Source of the DNA: Fonticula alba ATCC 38817
Taxonomy: Eukaryota > Protista > Nucleariida
NCBI GenBank assembly: GCA_000388065.2
Contig: KB932206.1
Length of the DNA stretch: 64,000 nt
Direction: 5' to 3' (one strand)
Both the position numbers and the translations under genes were made by a program. Positions within the stretch are counted from its first letter, which is position 1. Every line of letters starts with the position of its first letter. Of the stretch, positions 25,201 through 37,397 are shown piece after piece. The notes beneath the pieces are model-generated. The model saw nothing but the letters and a program-made list of their open reading frames with translations. It was not told where the DNA came from and did not search any database.

Positions 25201-25498
25201 GGTCCCTTTGCCTCACCTCCGCCCCCCCCCCCCCCCCCGCTGCCGGGCCTCCCGCTCCGCCCCTCTTCTTCCTGTGTGTGTGTGTGTGTGGGGGGGGGGG
25301 GGGGGATCTTTTGCCCCCCTTCTCGGCTTCGGCCACTTCTCATTCTCTTCCCTCTCGGGTGTATTCCCTTGTGCCGGGCACACGCCGCCCCTGCTCTTTT
25401 GTGGGGCGACGCCAGCACACAATAGACAAGGCCCAGTGCCTCGGTGTGGTGTCTTCCATGGGTCGCGCCTCTGCGCCGGGTGCCCCCTCGCGCCCCCT

Positions 25499-27692
25499 TC
25501 ACCGGTAGGCGGCGGTCACCTCGGCCCAGGAGCTGGTTTGCGGGGCGATCAGCAGGATGGCCAGCCACACGGCCCCAAAGAGGCCGACCCCGGCGAGGAT
25601 GCGCCGGACCCAGGGCTCCAGCCGGCCGCCTGGCCCGGGCCCCTTGGCCCCGCCGGAGCCCGGGGAGGCCACCATGCCGCCTGGCAGGAGGGCCTTGCCG
25701 GGGCCGGGACGCGGCGGACTGGGGACAAGCATTTCGCACAGGGTCCCGCTGGCCTCGGCCAGATAGTAAGACACGGCCAGGAAGATGATCGAGTCGAACA
25801 GGAAGTTGGTCAGGGTCATGGTGGCGGCCAGGCCGCTGGCAGCGGCGTGGCCCCAGGCCCCCGGCCACAGGAGCCCCAGCAGCCGCGACCGGGCGTCATC
25901 CGTCAGCCAGAGGTGGAACTGGGTGACATATGTTTCGAGGGAGATGCGCCCGCTCCACATGAAGAGGGCGATGGACTGGCGCGACACGTGCGCCGAAGGG
26001 GGGCGGGGGGGGGGGGGGGGGGCCAGCCGGCGGTGATGTGGGGTCAGTACTGCGCGTGAGGTGTCCTCCTTTTCGGCCTTCTTCTCGCTCTCTCGCTTCC
26101 TCGCCCATCGCCGGGGGTGGCCATGGCTGGCGCGTACCTTGGCCCGGAGCCGCCGGCTGAGGTTGCGCAGGACCAGGTAGCAGGTGATGGGGATGACGCT
26201 GGTGAAGGGGTGCAGCCGGTTGTAGGCAAACTTGTCCATGTACATGAGGCTGGTGAACCACCACACCAGCCCGGCCAGGGCCAGGGCCGCAATGAGCCCC
26301 TTGACGCGGTAGCGGCGGCCGGCCGGGCCGAGCTCCAGCCGGGCCAGGGCCCGCTCGGCGGCCGGCAGGGCCAGGGCCGTCAGCATGCCGGCCAGGATGA
26401 CATATCGATCGAGCCCGGCCCGGAAGCGCCACTCATGCAGGGATCCCTGGATGGAGAGGATCGAGCTGAAGGGGGCGCTGAGGAGGGTGAAGAGCCCGGC
26501 GCCGGCCCAGCCCCGGCCGGCGAAGGGCAAGTCGAAGAGGGCAAACTGCACGACACCGGCGAGGGCAATCTTCAGGAGGACACGCGCCGGGGAGCGGTTC
26601 CACCCGGGCCGGATGCCATATGTCCCGAGGACCAGCAGGAAGTAGAACGTGTGCAAGGGGCACACATAGTACAGCATGTACGGCCGGGAGAGGGCCAAGC
26701 AGCTGGCCACGGCCAGCATGTTCAAGCGCAGGAGCATGCGCACCACGCGCCGGGCGCTGAAGTCCCCGGTCTTGGTGAAGTAGATGGCATTTCCGAAGCC
26801 GGTGAGCCAGATGTAGGCGGCGATGAAGACGCGGACCAGGTTGTATGCCTCGCGCGCATTGAAGAAGTGGTACAGCACGAAGACCAGCTGCATGGCGCCC
26901 TTCCACTCGTCCGACTGGTCGCGTCCCAGGATGCTGAACCATTCCGGGGCCAGGAGGGCCGGTGTCGAGCCCCCGGCCTGGTGCTCGCCCGGCGTCGGGG
27001 ACAGGGCCCGGACGATCGGCGAATTCCCCGGGCCCGGTTGCGGGTTGGGGCTGACGGCGCTGGAGGTGGAAAGCGCGGCGGCGGCCGCCGCGGCGCGGGC
27101 CTCCGGGATGCTGACCACCACGCCGGCCTGGCCCAGAGCCGGGACCGCCGACAGGGGCACCGACTCGGCGGGGGCCGTGAGCGGGGGGCTGCGCTTGTGC
27201 GGGGTGGCCAGGCTGCCATCTGGGTCGGCATCGCCGTATGCCGGGCCATCGGCCGCCTGCTGGAGGGCGCGCACCTCGGCCGGGGCCAGTGGCATGCGGC
27301 CGGGCTGGACCGCGCGAATGGTCAGCAGGGCGGCCACGGCCACCGCGCCGCACACGAAGAAGAAGTAGTCCCCATCAAAGGCACGGCTGCCGGCGGTGGC
27401 GGCCCGCCAGGCCAGCGGCCCGTCCGCCGCGAAGAATGCCAGCACCGCGGCCGCGAAGAAGGCACCGGCGCGCAGGCCAGCCAGCCCCGGCGGGGTCCGA
27501 AGCCGGGCCAATTCCCCGGCCGACAGGGGCACCGTGGCCAGGGCGTGGCGGACCTCGGTCGCCAGCCAGGCGCCCATGCCGAGGACCAGGGCCACGGAGA
27601 GCGTCAGCTGGGGGGCCGTCGGGGCCGATGGGACCCGCGCCGGGTCGTCAGGGTCGGCGCCCAGCGCCCCGGCCGGCGACTTGGCAGGACCA

Positions 27693-27730
<38 letters not shown>

Positions 27731-28123
27731 ATGCGCATCGTCCACTCCCCGCCGGCCGAGGATGTGGGCCAGGCGCTGGTCGGTGGTGACAAGTCGCTGG
27801 TCGGTCATGCCGGCCGGGCCGATGAGTGCCCATTCCTGCAAGCTGCCGAGGCTGGCCACCTGATCGGCGCGGATCCAGGACTGGCTGCCGGTGGGGGCCG
27901 CCTGCGCGGTGCGCATCACCAGCACGGCTTCACCTTGGAGGAAGGCCTGGGCCTGGTCGGCGCGAAGGCGATTCCGGCTGAACTGCACGAGGCACACGAT
28001 CAGGCAGCTGAAGGTCACCAGGGCCAAAGCCATGGCAGGCAGGAGGCGGGTGAGGGCGGCCACCGGCGAGCCGGGCGGCCGTCGCCGGCCCCGAGGCGTG
28101 AAGCCGGGACTGTGGACGAACAT
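25499..28123 (-). CDS. Cas1/CASD1/RWA-family multi-TM O-acetyltransferase (about 820 aa)
   Basis: Exons 28123-26138 and 25975-25499. Motifs DEWKGAMQLVFVLYHFF, RVFIAAYIWLTGFG, YMLYYVCPLHT, EWRFRAGLDRY, GRISLETYVTQFHLWL, characteristic of Cas1_AcylT. Confidence 0.88.
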
Positions 28124-31100
28124 GACGGCGGCAAGCGGATGTGGGCGGGCGAGGGGAAAGAGAGAGAGAGAGAGAGAGAGAGGCCAGGGGGCGAGGGAGG
28201 GACTGCCAGGCCAGGCGTCTTGGCGAGCAAACCGAGGGAGGAGCAGCCACTCGTAGACAGGGCAGGCAGCGGGCAGGCAGCGGGGCGAGGTGTGGAAAGG
28301 CAGGGTGGTGTCCGTGGCTGGCGGCAGTTCAGCGGCCGGAGGAGGGGGCGTTTTCCCCTTCCCTCCGCCCGGACCCTCATCTGGGCGGTGCCCATCGGCG
28401 GGCACATGCCATGGCGACCGGCTGCATGCGGGGTGTACCACGGGCAGAGGGCACCCGCCTTGGGTCGAGGGCCTGATAGTGGGCGACATGCGCCTGGGCG
28501 GCAACAGGCGCCCGGCAGCACGCGTGTGCGCGCGCCGACGCGCGGCCCTGCGCAGCTGCCAGCACCCGGTCGCGCCATTAACTTCCGGCCGATGCGGCGG
28601 CCAATCGGACACCTTCGGGCCGGGGCCGGGGCCGGGATCGGCCGGGATTGTGGGTCAGGCGCCGGCGAGAATGACAGATCACACCGCGCCACGTGCCACG
28701 GGATGCGAACCGCGTGCGTAACTCGCTTGGCGATGGCCGGCGGCCGGGCGGGCGCCGTGCTTAACCCACCTCGGCTCGCGCCTTGGCATTTTCCCGGCCC
28801 TACAAGCATGCGTCTGCCTGGTCCCTGGAATGGTGCCCCCACCCCCCGCGGTGCTGAATGTGCGCCCTGCCCTGCTTTGGACCCAGCCGGGATGTGGGCG
28901 TGCGCGCGCGCGCCGTGCGGTGTCTGTAGACGTGCGTGTGCGTGTGCGTGTGTGTGTGTATGTGTGTGTCGCGCCCCGGCCCGAGGGGGCCGCGCGGTGG
29001 CTGTCGCCCTGGTGCCTGGCCAGGCATTGGCGTCCCCACCAACGGCGCCATCCCCCCGCCCCCCGCCCGCGCCCGCGCAGCCGAACACGATTTGCCGGGG
29101 GTCCACACCCCGGCGCGAGAGCTGGCCCGAAACCTCCCGACCGGGCCCATGCGGTCGGGCCGCTCGTTCGCCGGTGCGAGAACCGGCTGAAAGTCGCGCG
29201 CCTACGACAGCGGGAGAGCGTGGGCGAGGGAGAAGCGGCCGGGTGGGGGCGGAGGCAGGGGGGGGGGGGGGGGGGGGGGGGGGGGGATTGGCGAGTGGCT
29301 GCTCAAATGGGCGACCAGGACGGGTGGGCGACAAGCCGGCCGTGCCCCTGGCGCATGAGGTGCCAACTTGGCGGGCTGGCGCGCTGGCACCCTTGCCGGT
29401 CGCGGTCGTGGCGGCCCGATTGTTTCAGGAGGGGCCAGCGGCCTGTAAGACGGTGTGTGTCGGCGTCTGTGCGCATGTGTGTGTGTGGGTTATGCGGGCA
29501 TGCGTGCATCCGCAGGGGGCAGACGCGCGGCACAGTAGGTGCGCCGGCCCCCCTGTGCGCCCCCCCTGCCGCTCGATGAAACGGGCGCATTCGGGCCCGC
29601 CGCCGGTACATCAACGGCCGCGCGCGCGCGAACACGTCCTCCCCCCCCCCGGACAAAGACACGCCTTCTGGCCGGGGAATGTGCCGGTGCATCACCGGGG
29701 CGGCCGGGGAGAATGGAGGGGGGCGGGGGGGGGGGGGGAGCCCCTGCGCCCTGGGAGCCGGCATCCCAGTGCGCACTGTCAGGAGGCTGTTGTGCGTGCG
29801 AGCCCGCGGGCGGCCGCGCGAAAAGGGCCGCGAGGGGCGCCCCGCCCCCGGGCAACCTGGCGAAGTGCCGGGAAGGCACGCCCCGAGGGAGGGCCGTGTG
29901 CGGGCGGGCCAGTCGCCCGGGCCGTGCCCCCAGGCACGTCCGCGGCATGCGGCGCCGGGGCGCGTGGTGGCCGCGGGCGTCAGCAGCGCGGTCCCCGCCC
30001 GGCTTATGCCTGCAGCCAGGATGCTCTTGCCGGCCCGGGGGTCCCGGGCTGCAGTGCCTTCTCCACGGCCTGGCGTCCTCCCCCGGCCGGGGGCTCGGAG
30101 GAGGACCCGGGGGAGGGGGCGTGTGTGTGTATGTGTGTGTGCGTCTGTGGGGGGGGGGGGGGAAGGAGCATGGACCCCCCGCCCCTCCTCCACCTCCTCC
30201 GGGTGTCGGCTTGACATACCGGCACACATAATATCTGGCAAGCATTCCAGCCACCCCCCGGGGGGCAGGGACAGGAGCCCGTAGCGAGCCGGGCCGAGGG
30301 GAGCAACCCCCCGGCGGTGGACTGGCGACCGGGTGCCGGGGGAGCATCAATGTGCGCACTTGACGAGGGCGCACATTCCTGCTTGTCGGCGCGGGCGGGG
30401 CCGTACGCCCCCGCCCACGCCGGCCGACCATCGATGCGCCGATCATCCTCGAGGCCCCGGGGCGGCTCGGGGGCGACGCCAAGCTGATCGCCTCGGGGCC
30501 GCACGCCGGGGGCCGGGAATTTCGACCCTCATTTCCGCCGCCGGCCAGCGGCTCCCGGACACTGGTCTCTCCAGTCACCGAGGTGCGCCCGGTCTTCTGG
30601 CGCTGATTACCTGGCAACATGGGTGTGCTGATGTTCTCTTTGAATTCCATAGCCGCGCCGATCTTCTTTTCGGCGCCCCCTTTTGCGCCCGCCCTTCGGG
30701 GCAGCCACGTCGCCCCGGCAGCCATCCCGAAAGCGTGCCCTGTCCCAACCCGACAACCGATCGAGCCCTCACCCCGGGGCCATAGCCCGCACACGGGCGA
30801 GCAGCAAGCGGCGAAGGTGCGGCCGAGGGGGGGGGGGGGGGTGCGCGCGCCCGCGCGAGAGCGCGTGTGCCGGGCTGGCGATGCACAACGTGGGCCCCCC
30901 CCCCCCCCCCCCCCCCCCCCCGATGGAAGAGAGGGTGGGGCTCCCGCTGCCTCATCCCGCCCGGCCGGGTCGTTTTCGCCGGGGCCCTGGGCCCACCCTC
31001 TCGCCCCTCTGCGGGGGGAGCGGCCGTTTTCGTGGGTCGCTCCTCGGGCCGGAGCCGGTCCTCGCACCATCCCCCCCCCAGGCACCGCCCACTCGGCGGG

Positions 31101-31639
31101 GCTTCTCGACGGGCAACAGCCAGGCACGCATGCCTGCCCATTCGCCCGGGCCCCCCTTGCCCCCACACCCTCGATCGTGCCATCTCGTATGTGCGGTCGA
31201 GGCACTGGCCGCCGGTCTGTCCCCTTGTGGTGTGCCCCTCCGCCGGTGACCGAGCCGGCTCGAGTTGGCGGCGGCGGCGGCGCCCTGCATAGGCGGGGCG
31301 AGGGGCAAGGCCGGAGGTGGCCGTGGTCGTGGCGGCGGCCGTGGTGGTGGTGACGCGGGGGCAGGGCGCGAAGAAGGCGGCCCGGCGCAGGTAGGCCACC
31401 GAGGCACACCCCCCGGCGGACCGGGCCAAGAGACATGAGACACCCTGGCACCAGGCGCCGAGGCTTGCCCTTGGCACCGACACATGCCTCTCGAGGTCAC
31501 TTTTTCCCATCCGAAGCACCCGCCTCCGCCAACCTTCCCTCCAACCGGTCTCGGTCCCTCCCTGCGCTCCTCCGTTGCTCTTGCCAGCTACACAGTGTCC
31601 GGCAGCAGCACCGCCTCCCCTCCCTGCTACCTGCCCTCG

Positions 31640-31646
31640 CCCCCCC

Positions 31647-31743
<97 letters not shown>
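31640..31743. repeat. About 100-nt poly-C tract immediately upstream of the myosin ATG
   Basis: Visible C run with single interruptions at 31647 and 31702. Confidence 0.9.
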
Positions 31744-31758
31744 ACCGCGCCGTTCCCC

Positions 31759-34700
31759 ATGGCGTCCCTCGGTGCGGCCGGCGTCTCCGGCGCCCCCGGC
31801 GCCGCCAGCAAGCGCCCCATGAACCTGACGGTCAATTCGCGTGTCGGAGCCCTCAGCTCCGGCACCGGCCCGCGGTCTCCCCGGTCGCCGCGCTTCCGCC
31901 AGCCCCAGCCGGAAGAGCAGCCCGGCATCAACCTGGCCAAGGACCACGATCAGGTCCAGCTCCAGCGCGGCGACCGGGTGTGGGTTGCCCACCCTACCCA
32001 GGCATACACCCTGGCCACCGTCAAGCAGATCGAGGAGGGTGGCAGCAAGATCACCATCTTCGACGAGGCCTACCAGACCTCGACTCTGCCTCGGTCGAAG
32101 GTACGCCCGGCACGATGGTGTGCCCATGCGCCTGCGCCTGCCGCAGCGCTGCGACGAGCGGCCAATCCCCCCCCCCCCTCCCCCCCCCCCCCGCCTCCAG
32201 ACGCCTGCTGGAANNNNNNNNNNNNNNNNNNNNNNNNNNNNNNNNNNNNNNNNNNNNNNNNNNNNNNNNNNNNNNNNNNNNNNNNNNNNNNNNNNNNNNN
32301 NNNNNNNNNNNNNNNNNNNNNNNNNNNNNNNNNNNNNNNNNGCGCCTGCCGCAGCGCTGCGACGAGCGGCCAATCCCCCTTTCCCCTGCGCGCCCGCCGC
32401 TGACCATCCCCCCCCCCCGCCTCGCAGATCCTCCCCGCCTCCAACCCCCTCAACACCAAGGGCGTGGATGACAACACGGAGCTCATGTACCTGCATGATG
32501 CTGCGCTGCTGGACAACCTGCGCGTTCGCTATGACATGCAGAACTACTACTCCTACACGGCGTACATCCTGATCGCTCTCAACCCGTACCACCAGGTCCC
32601 GGGTCTCTATGGCCCGGAGCGCATCGCCGAGTACAGCAACAAGCCCATCGGCCGCAAGCCGCCCCACATCTATGCCCTGGCCGACCGGGCGTACCGGAGC
32701 CTGCGCGCCAGCAAGTCCAACCAGACGATCGTCGTGAGGTGCGCTCGTGCCCCTGCTCGCCTTGGCAGGCGTGCCTCCTCCCCCCCCCCTCTCCCTCTCC
32801 CTCTCCCTGCGTGTGCATCTCCGCCCCCAGCATGGCCCGAACTTGAGCAGTCCCACTGACCGACCCCCCCCCCCCTCTCCCCCCTCTCCCACCATGCGCG
32901 CACTCAGCGGCGAGTCCGGTGCCGGCAAGACCGAGTCCTGCAAGCTCATCACACGGTTCCTGACCACGGTGGCCAGCCCGGCCTCGGCCTCCGGGCAGCT
33001 GCAGCAGCTGGAGGAGCGCATCCTCCAATCCAACCCCCTGCTGGAGGCCTTCGGCAATGCCAAGACCGCGCGCAATGTCAACTCCTCGCGCTTCGGCAAG
33101 TACACCGAGCTCCTCTTCGATCGCAAGGACCTCCATGTGGCCGGTGCCACCATCGAGACCTACCTGCTGGAGACGTCGCGCGTGGTCCGCCAGTCGGCCA
33201 TCGAGCGCAACTTCCACATCTTCCACTACCTGCTGGCCGGCGCGTCGGACCGCCAGCGTGCCGAGTTCCACCTGGCCTCCGGGGCCGGGGCCGGGAAGCT
33301 GTACGCCTATCTGGCCGGCGCGGCGCCCACCATCGACGGGGTGGACGATGCGGCCGAATTCACCCGGGTCATCCAGGCCATGGATGTGCTGGGCGTGTCG
33401 CGCGTCCACCAGAATGAGATCCTCCGCATGCTGGCCGCTACCCTGCACCTGGGCAACATCCGGTTCCTGGATGCCGATGAGAATGCCGCCGCCGGTGGCG
33501 GCGCCTCCGAAACGGCCGACGCCTGCAAGGTGTGCCCCACTTCGCAGAAGGCCCTGGAGCATGCGGCCGAGCTGCTCTGCCTGCCGGCCGATGCTCTCAA
33601 GCGTGCGCTGGTCACCCGGACCATGGTGGCCGGCACGTCGGCCCGGCGCGATGTCTATACCCTGCCCCTGCGGCCGGCCGAGGCCCAGGGCTCGCGCGAC
33701 TCCCTGGCCAAGCACCTGTATGCCGGCATCTTCCGGTGGGTGGTGGATTGTGTCAACCGCGCGGTGCCGGTGGCCGCCGGGGCCGCCTCCGGCACTCGGA
33801 CCATCGGCCTGCTGGATCTCTCGGGCTTCGAGATCTTCGAGACCAACTCGCTGGAGCAGTTCTGCATCAACTTCGCCAACGAGAAGATCCAGCAGTATTT
33901 CGACCGCCAGGTTCTGGGCCAGGAGCAGGAGATCTACGAGCTGGAGGGCCTGCGCTGGCGCCGTGTCGAGTTCAAGGACAACGCCGCCATCATCGACCTG
34001 GTGGAGAACAAGCGCTTCGGCATCCTGTCGTTGCTGGATGAGGAGTGCCTGATGGTAGGTCCTCGTCTTTGTTCGCTCCGCCCCATCGGCTGGGCTCGCG
34101 ATGCTCCTGCCTGCTGTTTTCCCCCTCTCTAACACATCCCCGCGTCCTCTTGCCCCCCCCCCCCCCCTGCCGTAGCCCAAGTCCACCGATGCCTCGCTGG
34201 CCATCAAGCTCCACACTACGCACACCAACAACGAGTACATCAGCAAGCCCAAGATCGGCCAGGGCCGCAAGCGCATCACCGACCGCGAGGGCTTTGTCAT
34301 CCGCCACTTCGCCGGCGAGGTCACCTACGAGGTGGCCGGCTTCCTGGCCAAGAACAATGACACCCTGCATGATGACCTTCTTGGCCTCTTGACCCGGGCC
34401 ACGGAGAACCCCTTCATCTCCGGCATGTTTGCCACCCAGGTGGCCGACGACCCGACCAGCGCCCAGCTGACCACCGGCGGCCGGTTCAAGTCCCTGGCCG
34501 GGGGCTTCCAGCTGCAGCTGACCTCCCTGATGTCCAAGCTGTCGGCCACCACGTCGCACTTTGTCCGGTGCGTCAAGCCCAATGACCGGCAGCAGGCCGG
34601 GCTCTTTGAGCCGGTTCGCGTGCTGGAGCAGCTCCGCTACTCCGGCATGTGCACGGCCTTGGTGCTCATGCAGTCGGGCTTCCCCACTCGCATTGGCTTT

Positions 34701-36980
34701 GACGAGCTGTATGAGCGCTATGCGCCGCTCATGCCGGAGCCCATCGCCCGGCTGGCGCCGCAGACCTTCTGCGAGGCGCTGCTCGTGGCGCTGGATCTCC
34801 ATGGCGGCCGGGACTTCCAGATGGGCCTGACCAAGGTCTTCTTCCGGGCCGGCAAGCTGGCCCTGATGGATGAGTTGACCAGCGAAAATCGCGAGTCCAT
34901 GCAGCTGGTCGTCGGCAAGGTGCTCAAGTGGCTGGCGCGCAAGCGCTTCCGCACGGCCATCTGGTCGGTCATCGCGGCCAACCGCCTGGCCGGGGTGCTG
35001 GAGGGGGTGCGCCGGGTCCGGGCTTTCCGTCGGGCTGTGCGCCTGCAGGTGATCCTCGTCCGGGCCATCTACCGGCCACTGGCGGCCGTCCGGCGTCGAC
35101 TCTACAGCGAGGAGGCCCTGCGCCGGCGTGAGGCCGAAGCGGCCCGTCGCGCGGCCGAGGCCGAGGCCCGTCGTGCTGCGGAGGCCGCGGCCGAAGCCGA
35201 GCGCCAGGCGGCCGAGGCCGCTGCCCGTGCCGCGGCCGAGGCCGAGGTTCGCCGTGTGGAGGAGGCCCGGCGCCAGGCCGAGGAGGAGCAGCGCCAGATG
35301 CTGGAGTCGCGGATTTCCGAGCTCCAGGCCGCTGGTACCAGCTTGCGCGAGGAGCTGAAGAATGCCGTCACCGACCGCGAGAGCAGCCGCGCCCAGGCCA
35401 ACATGCTGAATGAGCGCATTGCCATGCTGGAGGGCGAGGTGGAGCGTTTGACCACCGAGCGTGACAGCCTCTCCGGGCAGGTGGCCACCGAGCAGCAGAC
35501 CCGCGCGGCTCGCGAGGCGGACCTGGCTGCCACGCGGGCGGCCCTGGCCGCGGAGCGTGACTCGCGCGTGTCGGCCGAGGGCGCCCTGGCGGCCGAGCGG
35601 TCGGCCTCCGCCGAGGTGACCAAGACCCTGGAGTCGGTCAAGCGGCAGAAGGAGTCCGAGCTGGCGGCCCTGCGCCAAGCCACCGAGTCGGATGTGTCGG
35701 CGGTTGGTGCTCAGCTGTCGGCGGTGCTGGCCGAGAAGCATGATTTGGAGAATGCCCGGCGTGAGGCTGCGGCTGAGGGAGCTCGGCTGGCCGAGCGCCT
35801 GCAGGCCGTGGAGCAGCAGCTGGCCGCCGAGCGCCAGGCGCACCAGGCCACCGCGGCCCAGGCCGAGCAGGCACGCCAGCAGAGCGAGGCCCAGCTGGCC
35901 ACCGAGCGCCAGGCCGCCACCGAGCGGACCAACGCCGTGCAGGCCAACCTGGCCCGCGAGACTCAGGCTCGCATTCAGGCGGCCGCCGATCTGGAGACCA
36001 CGCGCGGGCTGCTGCAGCACACCGCGGCCGAGGCCTCGGCGGCGCAGGCTCGCGCTGAGGCTGACCATGCCAGCCAGCGCCAGCAGCTGGTCCAGCTGGC
36101 CACCGTGGTCAAGCAATTCCGCGACCAGCATGAGGCCCAGGACCGGGAGATCACCCGTCTGCGTGGGCTGGCCGGGCAGCTGGAGACCGGGCTGTCGCAG
36201 GCGCGCGCCGTCGGCGAGCGTCTGGGCTCGGAGCTGGCCGTCGAGCGTGCCGGCCGCATGGAGGATGCCGAGCAGGCGTCTCGCCAGGCGGCGGAGCTCC
36301 GTGCCCAGGCCGCCGCCGAGGTGGCCAACAAGCAGGCCGTCATCGATGCCATGGCCATCGACCGCCGGCGCTTGGATCAGCGCGTGGCGGAGCTCACCTC
36401 GCAGTTGTCCATCATCGACGACCTGGAGGCCCAGCTGCAGGAGGAGCGCACTCTGCGCGCGGAGCGCGAGCTGGAGCTCAGCCGCCTGCGTGCCGAGTTC
36501 GAGGAGCTGCAGGATGCCAACCGCAAGATGAATTACGAGCGCCAGCGCCTGATCAACATTGCCATCCGCTGCCAGGAGGCCCAGCGCCAGCTGCACAATG
36601 TCTACGAGAAGTTCCCCAAGGAGTTGGATCTGCTGAAGCTGCTCTTCGGCGACTCGTCCTATGCCACGGCCATGCGCGGGCAGTCGCTGGCCGGGTCGCT
36701 GCAGAAGCAGAGCGGCAGCAGTGCCAAGAAGTGGAACTCCCGCCTGTGTGTGCTGAACGACATCTTCCTCATGTACTTCGCCGACAAGAAGGACAAGGAG
36801 CCGCGCGGTATCATTCGCGTGGATCAGGTCCGGTGTGTGGAGCCTGATGACAATGTCGGCAAGCCGCACACCATCCGCGTGAGCATGTTCAACGGCCGGG
36901 ATTACTTCTTTGCCTGCGAGGATGCCGCCGACCGGGACCAGTGGCTCCAGGCCCTGGAGCGCGCCATGACCCCGGCCTGA
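31759..36980 (+). CDS. Myosin VI/XXX-like heavy chain: SH3-like N-terminus, motor, insert-2/IQ-like neck, SAH, long coiled coil, C-terminal PH domain (about 1534 aa)
   Basis: Exons 31759-32100, 32428-32738, 32908-34054 and 34176-36980. Motifs GESGAGKTE, NSSRFGK, LLDLSGFE, FVRCVKPN, MGLTKVFFRAGK. PH domain LQKQSGSSAKKWNSR...DQWLQAL. Confidence 0.92.
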
Positions 36981-37397
36981 GTACTCTGTCGGCCCGGCGC
37001 CCCCCCCCCCCCCCCCAGTGCATCGCATGCGCGGTCCAGGAGGAGGAGGAGGGAGTGCGCGAGACAGAAGGCCCGCCCTCACCTTTCTCTCTCTCTCTCT
37101 CTCTCTCTTCCCCCTGTTGCGTCATGCGCCTCCTTCACCCTTGCTCCCGGCATGGAAAATGCGCACACACAAGTCCGTGCATGTGCGTGGCCGGTCTCCC
37201 TTCTTTGAATTTCAATATCAATTTCACGACAAACTCCCAAAAAAAAAATACACGCCCAATGCGCGCGCGCATACACACACACACACTCCAGGGGGTGCTC
37301 GGCTTTATGTGGCGGCACACGCGTCTGGCTCGGCCAACAGGAGGAGGGGGGGAGGGGCGGGTCTGCGAGGATTGACGGTCTTTTTTGGTGTATTGTC

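Noticed and set aside
26117-30214. 1365-aa plus-strand ORF
   Set aside because: Antisense to the Cas1 gene plus GC-rich intergenic DNA depleted of stop codons.
30600-30700. attacctggca resembling the U1 snRNA 5' end
   Set aside because: No following U1 stem-loops or Sm site; a short chance match.
32128-32378. Direct repeat in myosin intron 1 (also 16107-16140 versus 16367-16400)
   Set aside because: The copies sit on either side of N-gaps, so they are assembly overlap artefacts, not target-site duplications or LTRs.
31435-32403. Poly-Pro (formin/WASP-like) ORFs upstream of myosin and elsewhere
   Set aside because: Translations of poly-C tracts; the real start is ATG 31759.
33990-37082. 1030-aa minus-strand ORF
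   Set aside because: Antisense shadow of the myosin exons.
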